A stretch of 64,000 bases of DNA from Adineta vaga (Eukaryota; Animalia; Rotifera): assembly GCA_021613535.1 (NCBI GenBank), contig CP075493.1, forward strand, positions 4,960,001 through 5,024,000, read 5' to 3'. Position numbers and translations under genes: made by a program. Of the stretch, positions 1 to 13,004 are shown piece by piece. The notes beneath the pieces are model-generated. The model searched no databases. It was not told the DNA's origin and saw nothing but the letters and a program-made list of their open reading frames with translations. Within the stretch, counting starts at the first letter, position 1. Every line of letters begins with the position of its first letter.

Positions 1-32
1 GACAAAAAGAGAACGCAAAAATCGATTCTTAC

Positions 33-74
33 ATTTGGAATCCCTTGACTGATAGATTGAACAAATTCAGTCAT
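33..74 (-). CDS. Probable first coding exon (MTEFVQSISQGIPN) of a gene running off the left edge; possibly urocanate hydratase
   Basis: ATG at 74 (minus), 14 open codons, then a strong GTAAG donor at 32. The peptide resembles the recalled N-terminus of long-form urocanases but is too short to assign. Confidence 0.3.
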
Positions 75-588
75 GTTGATATCTCAATGAACTTTAGAGT
101 GATCGATTCAATTGAATTAATCCATCGGTCAAAAAGAAGTTTACCAATCAATTTTCATTTCGAAATTTTCTTTCATTAAATAAACAACTATATTCAATTT
201 GATTTTGAAGGAAAAATATCATTTGATTATAAGAATAGTTTGTCAGATGAACTTTGAGTACTGAATAGATGTCGCTAGTTACTACGTTATTTTCTGCTCG
301 ATAAAATTTGCCTGATAGATAGAAAAGTGATTACTAAACTTCATAGAATATTTATAGAAAAACAAGAAATCGATTGAATATGCAATTAAATAATAATTCT
401 TACGCTTGATTACAAATTCATCTCTGATAAGCTATAAAACATAATGACTACACCTGCGTATTAATCATTAAAACTTACGATTTCTCGCATCACAATCTTT
501 GTCTTTTTCATTTTGAACATATGACAGAAGAAATAGCGTTCTTATTTTCTTCTCAACTATCTGTCTATCTTACATAGAAGTGTGTTGC

Positions 589-596
589 TATAAAAG
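589..596 (+). promoter_or_regulatory. TATA box (TATAAAAG) of the neuropeptide-like gene
   Basis: Consensus TATAAAAG about 85 nt upstream of the ATG at 679. Confidence 0.45.
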
Positions 597-678
597 ACAG
601 AGTGATAGACAATTCCTAACTAAATATATTCTCATCGATATCTATACATTTAGATCCGAAAGCTCAACTTTTTACACA

Positions 679-1053
679 ATGTTTATCTATCTCCTTATCT
701 CAGTATTGTTTCTACCATTATTTAATGCTGAACATCCTCAGATGAAATTAGACAACAATGATGATTTACTCATACATCGTTCAGGCGCTGCCAACTATTT
801 ATGTAAGTCTTTTTATACTAGCAAATCTTTTCTTATTTTCTAATCATTTTCTATTGAAGTTGGTTTACCAATGAGACGATATCAAAATCATTTGGCAAAT
901 CCAATGATGGATCGGTCATTATCTCTAATGTCATCCGATAATGATGATCAACAACAACAACAACAACAACGTGGTAAACGGATCTATTGGGAAAATCTTG
1001 CTTTTCAACCAGCTGATTATAATAAAGCCAAAAATCCTAAAAGATCGAAATAA
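679..1053 (+). CDS. Small secreted neuropeptide-like precursor (2 exons: 679-802, 860-1053)
   Basis: Signal peptide MFIYLLISVLFLPLFNA. The GTAAGT...AG intron 803-859 joins the frames to give ...SGAANYLFGLPMRR...QQQRGKRIYWENLAFQPAD...KRSK. Contains RR, GKR and KR cleavage sites; AATAAA follows near 1161. Confidence 0.7.
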
Positions 1054-1452
1054 ATTGACCGACCTTGTTTTTCTTTTCTTTTGATGTTATCAAGGCATTC
1101 AAAAGAATGATTGGAAAAATTATATCTTTTTTTTTCTTCAAATATATACATGAATATTTTAATAAAGACGTGAGTTCTGCATAACGAAAGATGACATCTT
1201 CTTCTTTTATTTTTTTATCATTCTCTAAGAAAGATTTTGAAGGATAAGATAGAAATATCTGTAATAAAACATTACATATGGTATAGCTATAAAAGAAAAA
1301 ATATTGACGTTTATTTATCTTAATTTAAAATGTAGTTCTGAGTTCTTCACTTATTTATTCTCATAAAACCGGCTCTATTGCAATAATAAAACGATATTAT
1401 ATATACACACACGCGCGCAAAGAAAAGAAAAATAAGATGAAGCACCATGTAA

Positions 1453-4400
1453 TTAACTAGCTGATGTTGTTGACGATTGTGAAGATGATATTGCCGGGAA
1501 AAGGGAAGGTGTAGATTGACGAAGACGATGATTTGGTGAAATAAATGAACTCGGAGAAAGACCAATAGATGATGATAATGGAGACATAAGACATTCATCT
1601 TCACTTTCTTCATAATCGATACGATGATTATCTGTTGATGTCGATTGTTTACGATGGATCGTCTGCAACAAACGAAGACGCATCACCTAGAAAAAGAACA
1701 AAAGCAAATAAGTTCATATTTTGTTAGAAAATTATGCATGTTAATATCGATTAGGTTGATGTCGATCAGCATGAGAGCAAATCTCACTCGTATCAGCTAA
1801 AATCAGATCATTTTCATCAATAATATCACTCTTTGCCCATGATATAGTTGCTGATAATAGAGTCGGGCGTCTCAAAGGTAATGAAGTACTACGTGTAAGA
1901 CATGCACGTCTTACCTAGGAATAAAAAATCGATATAAAATAGCAGCAATTGGAAGAAATAACAAGAGCTTAAAATTTAGTCAAAGGAAATACTTGTTGAT
2001 TGAAAAGAAATTTTTTGCTATAAGAGAATTGTATAACGAAATTTAGTGTAATATTCAATACAAACCTCATCTTGTAATTCAAGAAGTTGATCTTGAAGAT
2101 CTCGATCATCCATAATTTGACCACGAGTTATTAATTCTTGATTCTATATGAAAAGAAATTGAAAAAATAGATTCGTTAGAATGATAATTTTCATACTTGA
2201 ACTTCTAATTCAGCTATTCTTTGACGTAAATCACCTATTGTTTGTGTACTTTCAGCTTCACGAATTCGTAACATCATTGAATCTTCTTTTAACTAAAAGA
2301 AAATAATTGAAACATTAGAAAATTCTATTTTCTTTATTGTTTCACTTACTCGTAATTCTCCATCATGCATATGATTTTTCATTTCATGTAATTGTGTTCG
2401 AAATTCTTGGTCATGTACACGTGATTCGTCTAATTCTTGACGTAATCGTTGAATTTCATCGTCTTGTCGTTTAATTTGATTATGTAGAACTTGTTTTTGA
2501 GTTTCTAAATCCATTAATTGTTGAGAAAGAAGTTTATTATCACAATCTGTTTGAGCTTCACGCATTTTCAATGATAATAATTCATGAGCAATTATATCAT
2601 AAGCATCATTTGATTGATTATCATGATTATTTTCACGTATAGTTTTACATGTACTATCATGTAATTGCCATTCACGATTGAGATCAGCTATACGTTGTCG
2701 AAGTTCATTCATACTAACTTGAGCTTCAGCATCACGCATTTTAACAAGAGTTAATTCTTCTTGTAAAGCAGCTATTTCAATATGTGGTGTAGATTGTAAA
2801 TTACGATTATCCTATAGATTGAAAAAAAAAAGTTTATTGGTAAGGAAAGAAAATATTCTACTTACGATAGTTAATTTTTCTACTGTTTCATGTAACATTT
2901 CTAATTCTTTTTCATTGGATATCGCATTCGAATTTGATGTTGTTGCTGTTGTTATTTTATTGTTATTTACAATATTTTTTTCATCTAATTGTTTTTTCAA
3001 AGTACAATTTTCACGTTTTAATTGATAAGATTCTTCCGCAGATTGTGCATTTAATACTTGTCCTTCAATTAGACGATTTGCTAATGTTGCACTTTCCTTG
3101 AAACAAACGTAAGAAGAAGCAAATAAAAGAAGTCATCGATCAAATTAATGATCCATGAAACTTACTTTTTCGAGATTTTCAACGCGTTGTTTCAATAAAC
3201 GATTTTCATTTCGTAATCTCTACATAGAAACAGTTCGACCTACAACTTAAAGTATTAACAAAAATCTACATACGCGAACTTCAATTTGTTCTTCCTGTTC
3301 TTCTTTATGAATAACATTATATTCTTTTTCTAATCTGATTGCAAGGAAAATGTATTAGAATGATAAATATATTGAATTCATCTTTTCTTACATACTTTTT
3401 CATTTTTTTGCTATTATATTGCACAGAAAAAGCACGTTGAAATAAAGATTCATGATCAGTTTCATGTTTAATCGGTACGTCTTTTTGAAAATACTAAAAA
3501 TAAAAGACAATGAATTCTTAGTTGATCATAATGAACAAAAGAAAAAAGTACGAATAGGAACACATATATTACTACTTAATGATTCATAAGTAAACTGATG
3601 ATTGAACACACGTTAAAATTCTTTTGTTCTCATCATGTCTTTATTCTCTATTATATTGTGGTCAAGAACTTACAGATGTGACAGCAGACATCGAACCTTG
3701 AACACTTTTAAAAGTCTGTGTACAATGTTCGACTAGTCGATCTTGAACAGCATGTAAACGACGGTCCATATATGTAAATTAACACGAAATGTGAGGTAGA
3801 AGCATCGATATAAAACGTCTGTTTCTTTCTCTCTCTTCGTTTTTCTTTTTTTTTAATAAATTGCAAATGTCTTATTTCTCCCTCTCTCTCTTTCTCGTTT
3901 GGACAGAACAAAAACGTGTGCAAACACACACAACTATTATAGCAACGATGGTGTCATTTACTCTCTTTTCTCTCTCTTTCTATTCTATTCTATTTCTCGA
4001 CGAACCGCAACATATACAACTTAGGAGAGATTGGTACACATACATATATATATATATATCTATATTCGATTCTTCTTTCATTTCAAAAACTAAAATATCA
4101 TCATGTGAAAGGTGTAAAAAACGAAAGTACACTCAATAACATGACGAACAGCTGACGTTAAGACTTATCATTGTAATAAAACCATTTCATTTCATCGTTT
4201 TATCGAATAGCTTTAATAAATATATTCTACATACTTTTAACATATCTTCCATGGATAAAAGCATTAATTCATCTTGATGAATTTCAAGTAGTGCAACACC
4301 CATACGAAATATAATCTCTATGCCCTATTATAGATATGTTTAGATCTTTTCTTTTAATTTGAATGAAAATATATTCTTACTTCACTTAAAAATAAATCCA

Positions 4401-5593
4401 TTGTACGACAAGCAACCATAAATGGAAATTGATTTGTAAATAAAGTTAAAAACCAACTTGAAGCATACATTGATGTACTAAAATTTTCAATTTGAAAATG
4501 TCGATAAAGATCTGGAAGAAATTCCTAAATTAAACAAAACTTTTTCTTTTTATTAAATTCATCAATCAATATTTTACTTGAATCATTGCTTCAAATTGAA
4601 ATATACATAAACCCAAATAGAACATATCTGGCTTATACATATCACGCATAGTAAAATCTTGCATAACTGATACTAATACAGCAAAAGCTTCTTCTTCTGG
4701 CATCTAATCGAAAAATAAGAAAAATACAATGACAAAAAAGAATATATTTTTAAACTAACATGCATAAGGAATAATCCAACAATAAAGCCAATACCTTGAC
4801 AATAACCAACTTCACGATCGAATAACGAATACGCCTAGAAGAAAGATTCAATTGTTGTAAATTATCATAGAAAAACAAACCTTAATAACATTGAATAAAC
4901 GTTCTTGTCCAACGCCATGTTTTTCTTTGAAAAAATCATGTTCAGGATATGTTCGAGAAATATCTCGTCGGATCACTTTTTCACATGGTGATGTCATTTT
5001 CATATAATCCGCATATTTCTGTTTAACATTTGATGTTTCAACTTTTGCTAAACATTGCCAAAGTAATGGACGAAAATGAACTGGTACACCCGTTCGAATC
5101 ATATCCTACGAAAAGAAAGAAAGAAAACGTTTATCTTTGTCTTCATTAAGAAATTCATTTGTACTTTAATCCATTGTGGTTTCTTTTTAATATAAGTTGT
5201 CCAATTATTAATAATTTTATTCCATGTACCCCATTCATTTTCAAGATTACCTATCGATAGAATCGTCGATTACTAAAGAAATGATTCAATGTCTTAGTCA
5301 TACCATCATTATCCACAGTTAAATTACTAGCATCACTTGAAATAGAATCTTGTCGAAATTGTTTCTGACGTAATTCAGGTGATTTTGTATGTACTAAATT
5401 ATTAGTTGGTGTTGAATTGACTGGAGATTTAACATCATATTCAATACGTCTTTATATGAAGAAATTGAAATACAAAACTTAATCAAATTGAAAGTTTTAT
5501 TTACCGATTCTCTTCATCAAGTCTTTTTAATAGTTCCATATCATCATTAGTCATATTAGTTGTATGTACTTGTTCAGATGAAGATTGTGTCAT
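1453..5593 (-). CDS. EVI5: EVI5-like Rab GTPase-activating protein (TBC domain plus long coiled coil), multi-exon
   Basis: TBC motifs [41 protein letters not shown] and [12 protein letters not shown]. Coiled-coil exons carry the EVI5-type KMREA/MRDAEAQ repeats. ATG at 5593, stop at 1453. Confidence 0.85.
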
Positions 5594-7042
5594 TCTTTTT
5601 TCTCTTTATTTTAGTCGAATGGACTCTACAGACAACACATTGATGACAAATATAGAACAGAAAGAAATACGAAGAAGAACAAGAAAAAAAAACATGATCG
5701 AACATGACAATTTATTTGGTTAGATGAATGAAACGGGGGGTTGAAGACGAACAAATGACATCATCAATACACCTACTATGAATGATTAAACTTTTCGAAG
5801 TTTCTTTTTTTATTTCCTTTGCTTCCTCTTTACTGACAAAATTAATTGAATTCTATGGACAAGAGTGTGTATACTTTTATCTATAGACTATACAAATTTA
5901 CCCTTTCAAATAGCTTTTTTTCTTCTGTACATTCGCATGCCCCATTAACACTCTTTCTCTTATAGACATAAATTAATATTCTTTTGTTTCTTATAACATA
6001 CAACAATACTATACAATTAAATAAATGATAAGTAAATACACAATAGTTGTCTATATTTAAGGTCGTCAGTTCAAAAGGATGACACATCGATTTCTAATAA
6101 GAATAGTGATTTGTCAGGCGATCGTAGAATTCGAACGATCAAAAGCGAAGAAAATAGTTAATCTAGTTTGAAATCGAAAGATAAACTTATTTAAGACATC
6201 TTTACCGTAATGTTGAGGACAAATAAACGAAGAAGAGCACATAGATGAAGTAGAAGAAGAAGAAGAAAATGGCTTACTTGCTTTCACATTTTTTCTCACA
6301 AGTCGTTTTTTCTTTTTCTTCTTCTTCTTCTTCTATGCTTTTTTACCTTCAAACATCGCATTGCATTGCAATCCTTTCTCTTTCTGTCACCTGTGACGGT
6401 CGAACTAACGTAGGTATCGTGGCAATTCTCGCCGTATTGTTCGTTCTCGCACATGTCATGTAAAACAAACAAAAAAGAAAAAAAAGAAACATATAAGTAA
6501 AAAGAAAATATTTTATATAAATAGATAGGATTCTTGTTAAGTAAAGAAGAAAGAGAGAGAAAGAGAGAATGTTCGTTTTTCTTTTCCGGTATTGATTAGA
6601 AAACGGAAAAAGAAAATAAATTAATCGATCACTAGGGAAATATACAGGGATCGATCATTGGTTATAATTCAATATATTTATGATTAGCTTGAACATTATA
6701 TTGTACAAAAAAGAAAAAAGAAGGAGGAAATTGATGTGAAAGAATATCTGTTTCTTGTGTTAACGATAACGATTGAAAATCTTTTATATGTTATTTCTTT
6801 GTACATTTGTCAATATTGAGTTAGATTTTGTTTTAACATGCCGACGTCTTTTGAGTATATAAAGAAATGAAAATGATCTGAGAATAGAAAAAAGAAGAAG
6901 AAATCCTCAAGGTATTATGTTTAATCTTGATGTATTAGAATCAAATTATTTCTTTAGTTCTTATCGAACTGTTTGCTAGATTATTTGTCATATAAATATG
7001 TATATATATATTTCTATACAAAAGAAAAAGATCGAATAAATG

Positions 7043-8743
7043 TTATACATTTGGTTCAAATGATTTCAACCAATACATTAGACTAATTATATTAGCCGTT
7101 ACTATTAATGAATGAATCGGAAAGCCAAAGCCACAATCATATGGTATACCATTTTTTGATGCATCAGGTAGTGTTATACCAATTCCACCATGATGAGCAG
7201 CTCGATTTAATTCTAACTGATGTTCTTCAACGAAACGTCGAGCACGAAGCGTCTTATAGACACATTTAATAGAATGACAAAGACCACTATAATTTAGACA
7301 GATAATTAAAATAGTTATGAACAAATTAGTTTTACTTTAGAAAGGCGAGGAGCATAACAGTTCGAAAGGTCAAATGTAATGCACCTAATTTGATATTTGT
7401 TAAACCAATCATTGAGAACAATACGTATAACATTACATAAATAACTATACTCTACAAGACAACAAAAAAAAGAGAAAGATCTGTAACACACTATTAGTAT
7501 AACAAAAGTATACTTTGAAAAGTTCCTTGAGATCATGAACAAGACAATGTGTACGATGTTGACAACATTGTTCAACTGCCTTGATTTCAGTTGCGTAGTC
7601 TTTTGGAACAATCTCATGCTTTGATTCATTTTTACGAATTGATTCAAACATATCTATGGAGAAAAAAGTTCGATGATATTAAAGATTTTAGTTCTTTTTC
7701 TTTCTTACGATATAATTCCTGATTAATCTGTTCTGCACATTCACCTTGTAAACCATGTCCAGCATTGTCAAGTTTTATTAAACGACATCCAAGTACCTGG
7801 AATATATGATACGATTATTATCAGTTATGATTAAATATAAAACATACACGTTGAAGTAGATAAGAATTTTTTTCGCGTACAAGTCGATCTTCCGTACCAA
7901 CCATAATTAAACATTCAAATGATGAATAACGAATTTTAAGTAATTCTGCATAACTAACATAATGTCGTGCGACAGCTGTGATATGACCTATTATTCCAAT
8001 TAATGATGGTGGAATACGTTTATGAAATCGTTCGATATGATAATCGTAAAAAGTCTAGAAAAAAAACGAAAAATTTTTTCAAATGAAATGTTGCCTTCAT
8101 GTTCGAACTTTTCGTTTCTCAGGATCTGCCAGTGTATCTTTTGCGTATAACATAGTTAAAACATTTTCTATGATAGAATTTTCATCACGTAATACTAATG
8201 ATCGTAGAATATGTTGTATACCAATTAGTGGAGCTTGGCCGGAAAGACCACCAGCATGTGTTGCTAAAAGTGTTAATGAACGAATTCTTTCTGGTGCTAA
8301 TACTGCAAATTCAAGTGCAATCATTCCACCCATTGAAATTCCGACAACATGACATTGTTTCCATTGTAAATGATCGATGAGTGCCAATGCATCTTTAGCC
8401 ATTTGTGTTGTTGAGTAATGAAGACATAGTGGAGCTGATGAACGACCACATCCACGATTATCATAACTGACACACTAGAGATTATACAATAAAAATGATT
8501 TGTTTTTTTTATGAAAATTTATATGACATACTTGATAAGCAGATTTTTGTGAGAAAAATTCAGTCTGAAAGATGAATATAAGATAAAGTGAAAACAATAG
8601 ATTCTCTAGTTTACTTGACGAGACCAAGCAGCACCTTCAGTTAATAAACCCATAATAAATAAGATTTTATTTTCACCTGAACCAAATTCTTCATAATATA
8701 ATCGTAAATTTTGATTAGATGCAGGTAATATTGCATAAGGCAT
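7043..8743 (-). CDS. Alpha/beta-fold hydrolase with C-terminal hydrophobic (membrane) extension, multi-exon
   Basis: MPYAILP...LYYEEFGSG..ILFIMGL; DNRGCGRS; nucleophile elbow GISMGG; acid VGTEDRLV; His motif AGHG. Further spliced exons with hydrophobic segments continue to the stop at 7043. Confidence 0.8.
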
Positions 8744-10250
8744 CTTTTTTTTGAAAGAATATGAACTCTAGTTTTGTAAAATTTATCGAAGCTGATTCAT
8801 GACTGTGATAACTGACTAACTTATCAGTACAGTAGTAGGTGAAACGGAAATCTTATTGGCTAATGTAAGTATCTAATGGAAATTCGTCGCTTTGAAAGAA
8901 GGAAGAAAAATCATTCTTATTCTCGAAAATAATAATTAATAAGACATGAATATTTGTAGCATTACAATACTAATCATTATATACTTTAGAGATCGAAATT
9001 ACACTTCCGTTTCTCTTGATGAGATCTATGAACATTTCATCTTTTAAAACATCATCATCGCGTAACTATGTTTGATGATTGTTTACAATTCACACGATTT
9101 GGCTAAAATGTACACACCTTATTCAAACAAGATCGAATTGTATTATTGCGCTTGAAGGAAAAAATAACCAAGACAATAATGAATGTTTATGCTTTCTGTA
9201 CAGATATTTTCTAATCTCGTTTATACGTGTCAATATTACACACGGTTATAGTGGTAGAAATGAAATCAAATGATATTCCTTGATAGACAGCTCAAAAGAT
9301 ATAAAATGTATCTACTAAGGAGATGATTTAATGGTGTTAGAATCAATTCACGTGAATAAATAGAAAAGTTTTTGTTATTGTTGTGATTGTGGAAGAATTA
9401 TTAATACTTTCAACAATTGGCATACAGACGAGTCGAAAGTGACGTGATTTCATTCGATTTTGAATATGATTTGTTTGTTCGCTTTTTAAAAATTCTACGC
9501 CCAAAAATTGTATGCTAAATGTTCCTCTACTTCTTTGGCGTTTTAAGAATGATGAAACATCAACAAACAGTATTTAACTTAAAGAAAATTTTGAAAGATT
9601 TTTCGTAAAAAACTTAGAGGATCTTCATAGAGATCAACATCAATACGATTATCAAAAATATTCGTATAGAACGGATACTTTTAACTCAAACAGATCTTTT
9701 AGAACATGTGAAATGAATATTATGACAATCAGACGATTTGAATCTGCTAGTTATTCATTCGAATATTGATACTTTGTTAGATATGTTTAAATTATCGAAG
9801 CTTTGAAATTGTCGTTTGAACGAAACGTTTAATAAAACAAAATATTTGAGTCGATTTCGTTATTATTTTCAGACGTTACGAAAGCTCAAGAGAATATGTT
9901 TTGAATGGGTTTCCATGTTACAAAACTATACAAAAAATGTTTTTGAGAAGAAAATATAGAAAAGAAAGAGAATGAGAAACGCCTTTCACCTATTTCTCTA
10001 CTTAGAGAACAAAATATTTTCTAAGTATTTTAAATTGTTTTACTTCTCAACAAAGCATTAAAATACCCTATGGACATCCTTACAGAGAAAATTTACAGCA
10101 TACGTACAGCACAAGCAAAGCATTAACGTAATTCTTCAGAAAGATGTTTTGTACTTCACGTATAATTTCTTTTCGTTCTCTTCAAAAATCATAACATTCT
10201 TCTGTGTAATCTCCATTTTTCTACTCAGAGTTCAAATTGAAAAGCGTAGG

Positions 10251-10258
10251 TATAAAAG
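10251..10258 (+). promoter_or_regulatory. TATA box (TATAAAAG) of SHFRGG gene A
   Basis: Consensus TATAAAAG about 75 nt upstream of the ATG at 10332. Confidence 0.5.
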
Positions 10259-10331
10259 CGCATTAGTATTCTATTAATTCTTATTTTCTATTTTGTTCTT
10301 CATTCGATTGCAAAATATTGATATATCTATA

Positions 10332-13004
10332 ATGTTCCAAATATTTCTTCTCGCCTGTCTATATACATGGATATTGAAAATTGACGCTAGTCATTTCCGT
10401 GGCGGTACGATTACATGGTTAGTTAAAATATATTTGAATTCGTTTTTCTTTACATCTATATATTTGTATTCTAGGCGTCCTTTGAACGCTACGCCAAATG
10501 GAGCTACAGCTGCTTTTCTGATGCGCGAACGATATTCGTGGCGACGCGGTTATCCCGGTTGTTTTTGCGATGATGCGACTATTGCCGCAAAAGGTCTTAT
10601 TGGTGACAACAACTGGCTCACGTGTACAAATGGTGCCTGCGCTCCATGGACTAATATGAATACACGTACATCTTGTACAGATTATAGTACTGCACTGGAT
10701 GTTAGCTCTGGTGAATATTATGAAACGAAAACTTTTCCAATTGGCGTAGCATTCACTATTACTTACAATTCAAATGCATGGTTTGCAACTCTTGTTGTCG
10801 GATCCAACGCTCAATGGTTTGTGAGCAATCGAGTTAATACTGCTCTCAGACCTGACGGCTTTCTCAATACCAGTCCTGTTGCGGTTACACTGCCCATCAT
10901 CTATAAACAAATCAATATCCAACATGTTCATGTTGTTCAAATGTCTGATTTTGATGGCACAGACGTTTTACGTTGCCGATGGTCTACTACAACTGGTAAT
11001 ATTAATAATTATAATGAATGTGGTGGCATATGTTCAGGAGTTCCTGGTGCCGTCCTTATTCAAACAAATTGTACCATAGTATTCACACTCACAGCAGCGA
11101 GTTGGTATGCAGGTGTAGCATTACAAATTGAAGATTATTTTAATACTGCAGCAACAGTACCAATGAGTTCAGTTCCACTTCAATTTCTCTTCTATGGCTA
11201 TCCTGCACCGACTGGTTGTACTACATCACCGGTCATCATTGGTAATAGACCAAACCGAGGTATGTATCATATTGTTCGATCTTATTCTGTTTGATCAATG
11301 ATGTTTATTCATTTTGTTAGCTTGTATTGGTACACCTATTGGCTCGAATGTTACCGAATATGTTATTGTTCAAACATTTTGTCCAGGACAAACAATTGTT
11401 AATTTTGTTTCCAGTGCTCCAGTTGGTATGACAAAGAGTGCTATTCTTAATCCAAGCGCAAGTAATTGAAAGTTCTATTACTAAATTCTATTCTTTTATC
11501 GATCAATTCTAGATATTTATCATCTGATTCTTAGATGGATTCCAACAGCTGATCAGTATGGTCCACAAAGTTTTTGTGCTGGAGCTATTGATAATGCAAA
11601 TCTTCAATCGAATCAGTGGTGTATTACATTTCTAGTTGGTTTTGAATCACCAGATGTCATTCGTCCGACACTTGTTCAAGGTTCAGCATCACCCATTGGA
11701 ACTATCTTTCAAAATCACACTGTCTTCTCTATTCAAAGTAAGATTATTTTGTTGAGTCAAAAAAATGACATATGTTTACCAAATGTCTATGTGTCCTTTA
11801 AAACGCTTTCAAAATATGAAAGAAGTCATTCCTATTGAATGCATTCTACCATTTTCAAAAACAGATACTAAGATTTATCTTCATTTTTAGCAACAAAATC
11901 AGTCAATCGTCCAACACGTAATGACACTAATATCTATTTTTGGGATGATACTGCTGGTGGCACTCTTGTTCAAAAATTTGATTGTGGCTGGGCACCTGAA
12001 GTGACATTCACCGGTTTTGCTACTATTATTCGTTTTCCTACGGCGCCCTGGATTCCTGGACATTTCTATCATGTTACATTCGATAGTGGTATGTTTGTTT
12101 CAATGATTGATTTACGCACTATTGTTTGTCATTGTAGGTGTTGCAAGTGGAACGGAGTTTTGTGGTAAGTAATAAAATATCAATGAAAATAGTGACATAG
12201 ATAATGAGTGACTTGTTATTGATAATAGGTCCTGAATCAGCGCCAGTCAATGATCCAACATATTGGGTATTTAACATCTGGAATCCAGCAGTTTCATCAA
12301 CAACAACAACAACAACTACTCCTTTCACAACAGTCACTGTCACTACAAAACCAACATCAACAACAAGTATCAATACTCTCGTGAGTTTATTCGATATACA
12401 TCTCGTCATTTTTGTGATTGTAAATAAATGTTGTTGATTTAGTTGACAACAACTGGTATCATAATCACAACTACAGCTCCTGTCACAACCACTGCAACTA
12501 CTTCGACAACTGCTCCTCCGACCACTGCTCGTAAGAACAGATTTTTACTCTTGTCTCCTACATCATCTAAGAGAGACAATATACTTTGATATTCTCATGT
12601 ATACTAGAAATCTATAGATACGAAAAAGTTTCAGTACAAAAGTTTTTCTTATTGAAAAAAATCTCTACATATGATTCTTTTCTTTTTCATTTAGCTCCAA
12701 CAACAGCTGGTCCAACTCAACCATCTGTAACCACAGAATCAACAGTTGCTGTTATGTATCCAAAAGATTTCGTAAGTATATTTGAATAGAATTTGACTTA
12801 TTCAGATAGTCATATAAATGTTTGTAGGAAGAAGCATGTAAACAACCAGTAGCAATAATGAATGCTATTTTATTAGCTGTGATGATGCCTGCACAAGCTA
12901 TAGCAATGTATGCTGCTTTCTCCAAGTTAGAAAACGTTTTCAATCCATCTCGCATCAAAGCCAGAACAAGACATAATCAACGAATGAAACGAATAATGCA
13001 GTAG
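10332..13004 (+). CDS. Type I membrane protein of the 'SHFRGGTITW' (Sib/integrin-beta-like) family, paralogue A: signal peptide, Cys-rich N-domain, Ig-like region, Thr-rich stalk, TM helix, basic tail
   Basis: MFQIFLLACLYTWILKIDA|SHFRGGTITW; motifs NTSPV, DFDGTD.LRCRW, ECGGIC, SSVPLQF; poly-Thr stalk; hydrophobic VAIMNAILLAVMMPAQAIAMYAAF; TAG at 13002-13004. Exon structure mirrors paralogue B. Confidence 0.8.

Noticed and set aside
3500-4230. Long EVI5 intron with small ORFs and CT/AT tracts (possible internal promoter)
   Set aside because: ORFs are low-complexity and I found no in-frame ATG-donor exon; TSS data would be needed.
8900-9900. Coding-like fragments (e.g. MMKHQQTVFNLKKILKDFS, CYCCDCGR) in the intergenic region
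   Set aside because: Frames are short and interrupted by stops, with no recognisable homology or consistent splice path. It could be a decayed pseudogene, but I cannot support that.
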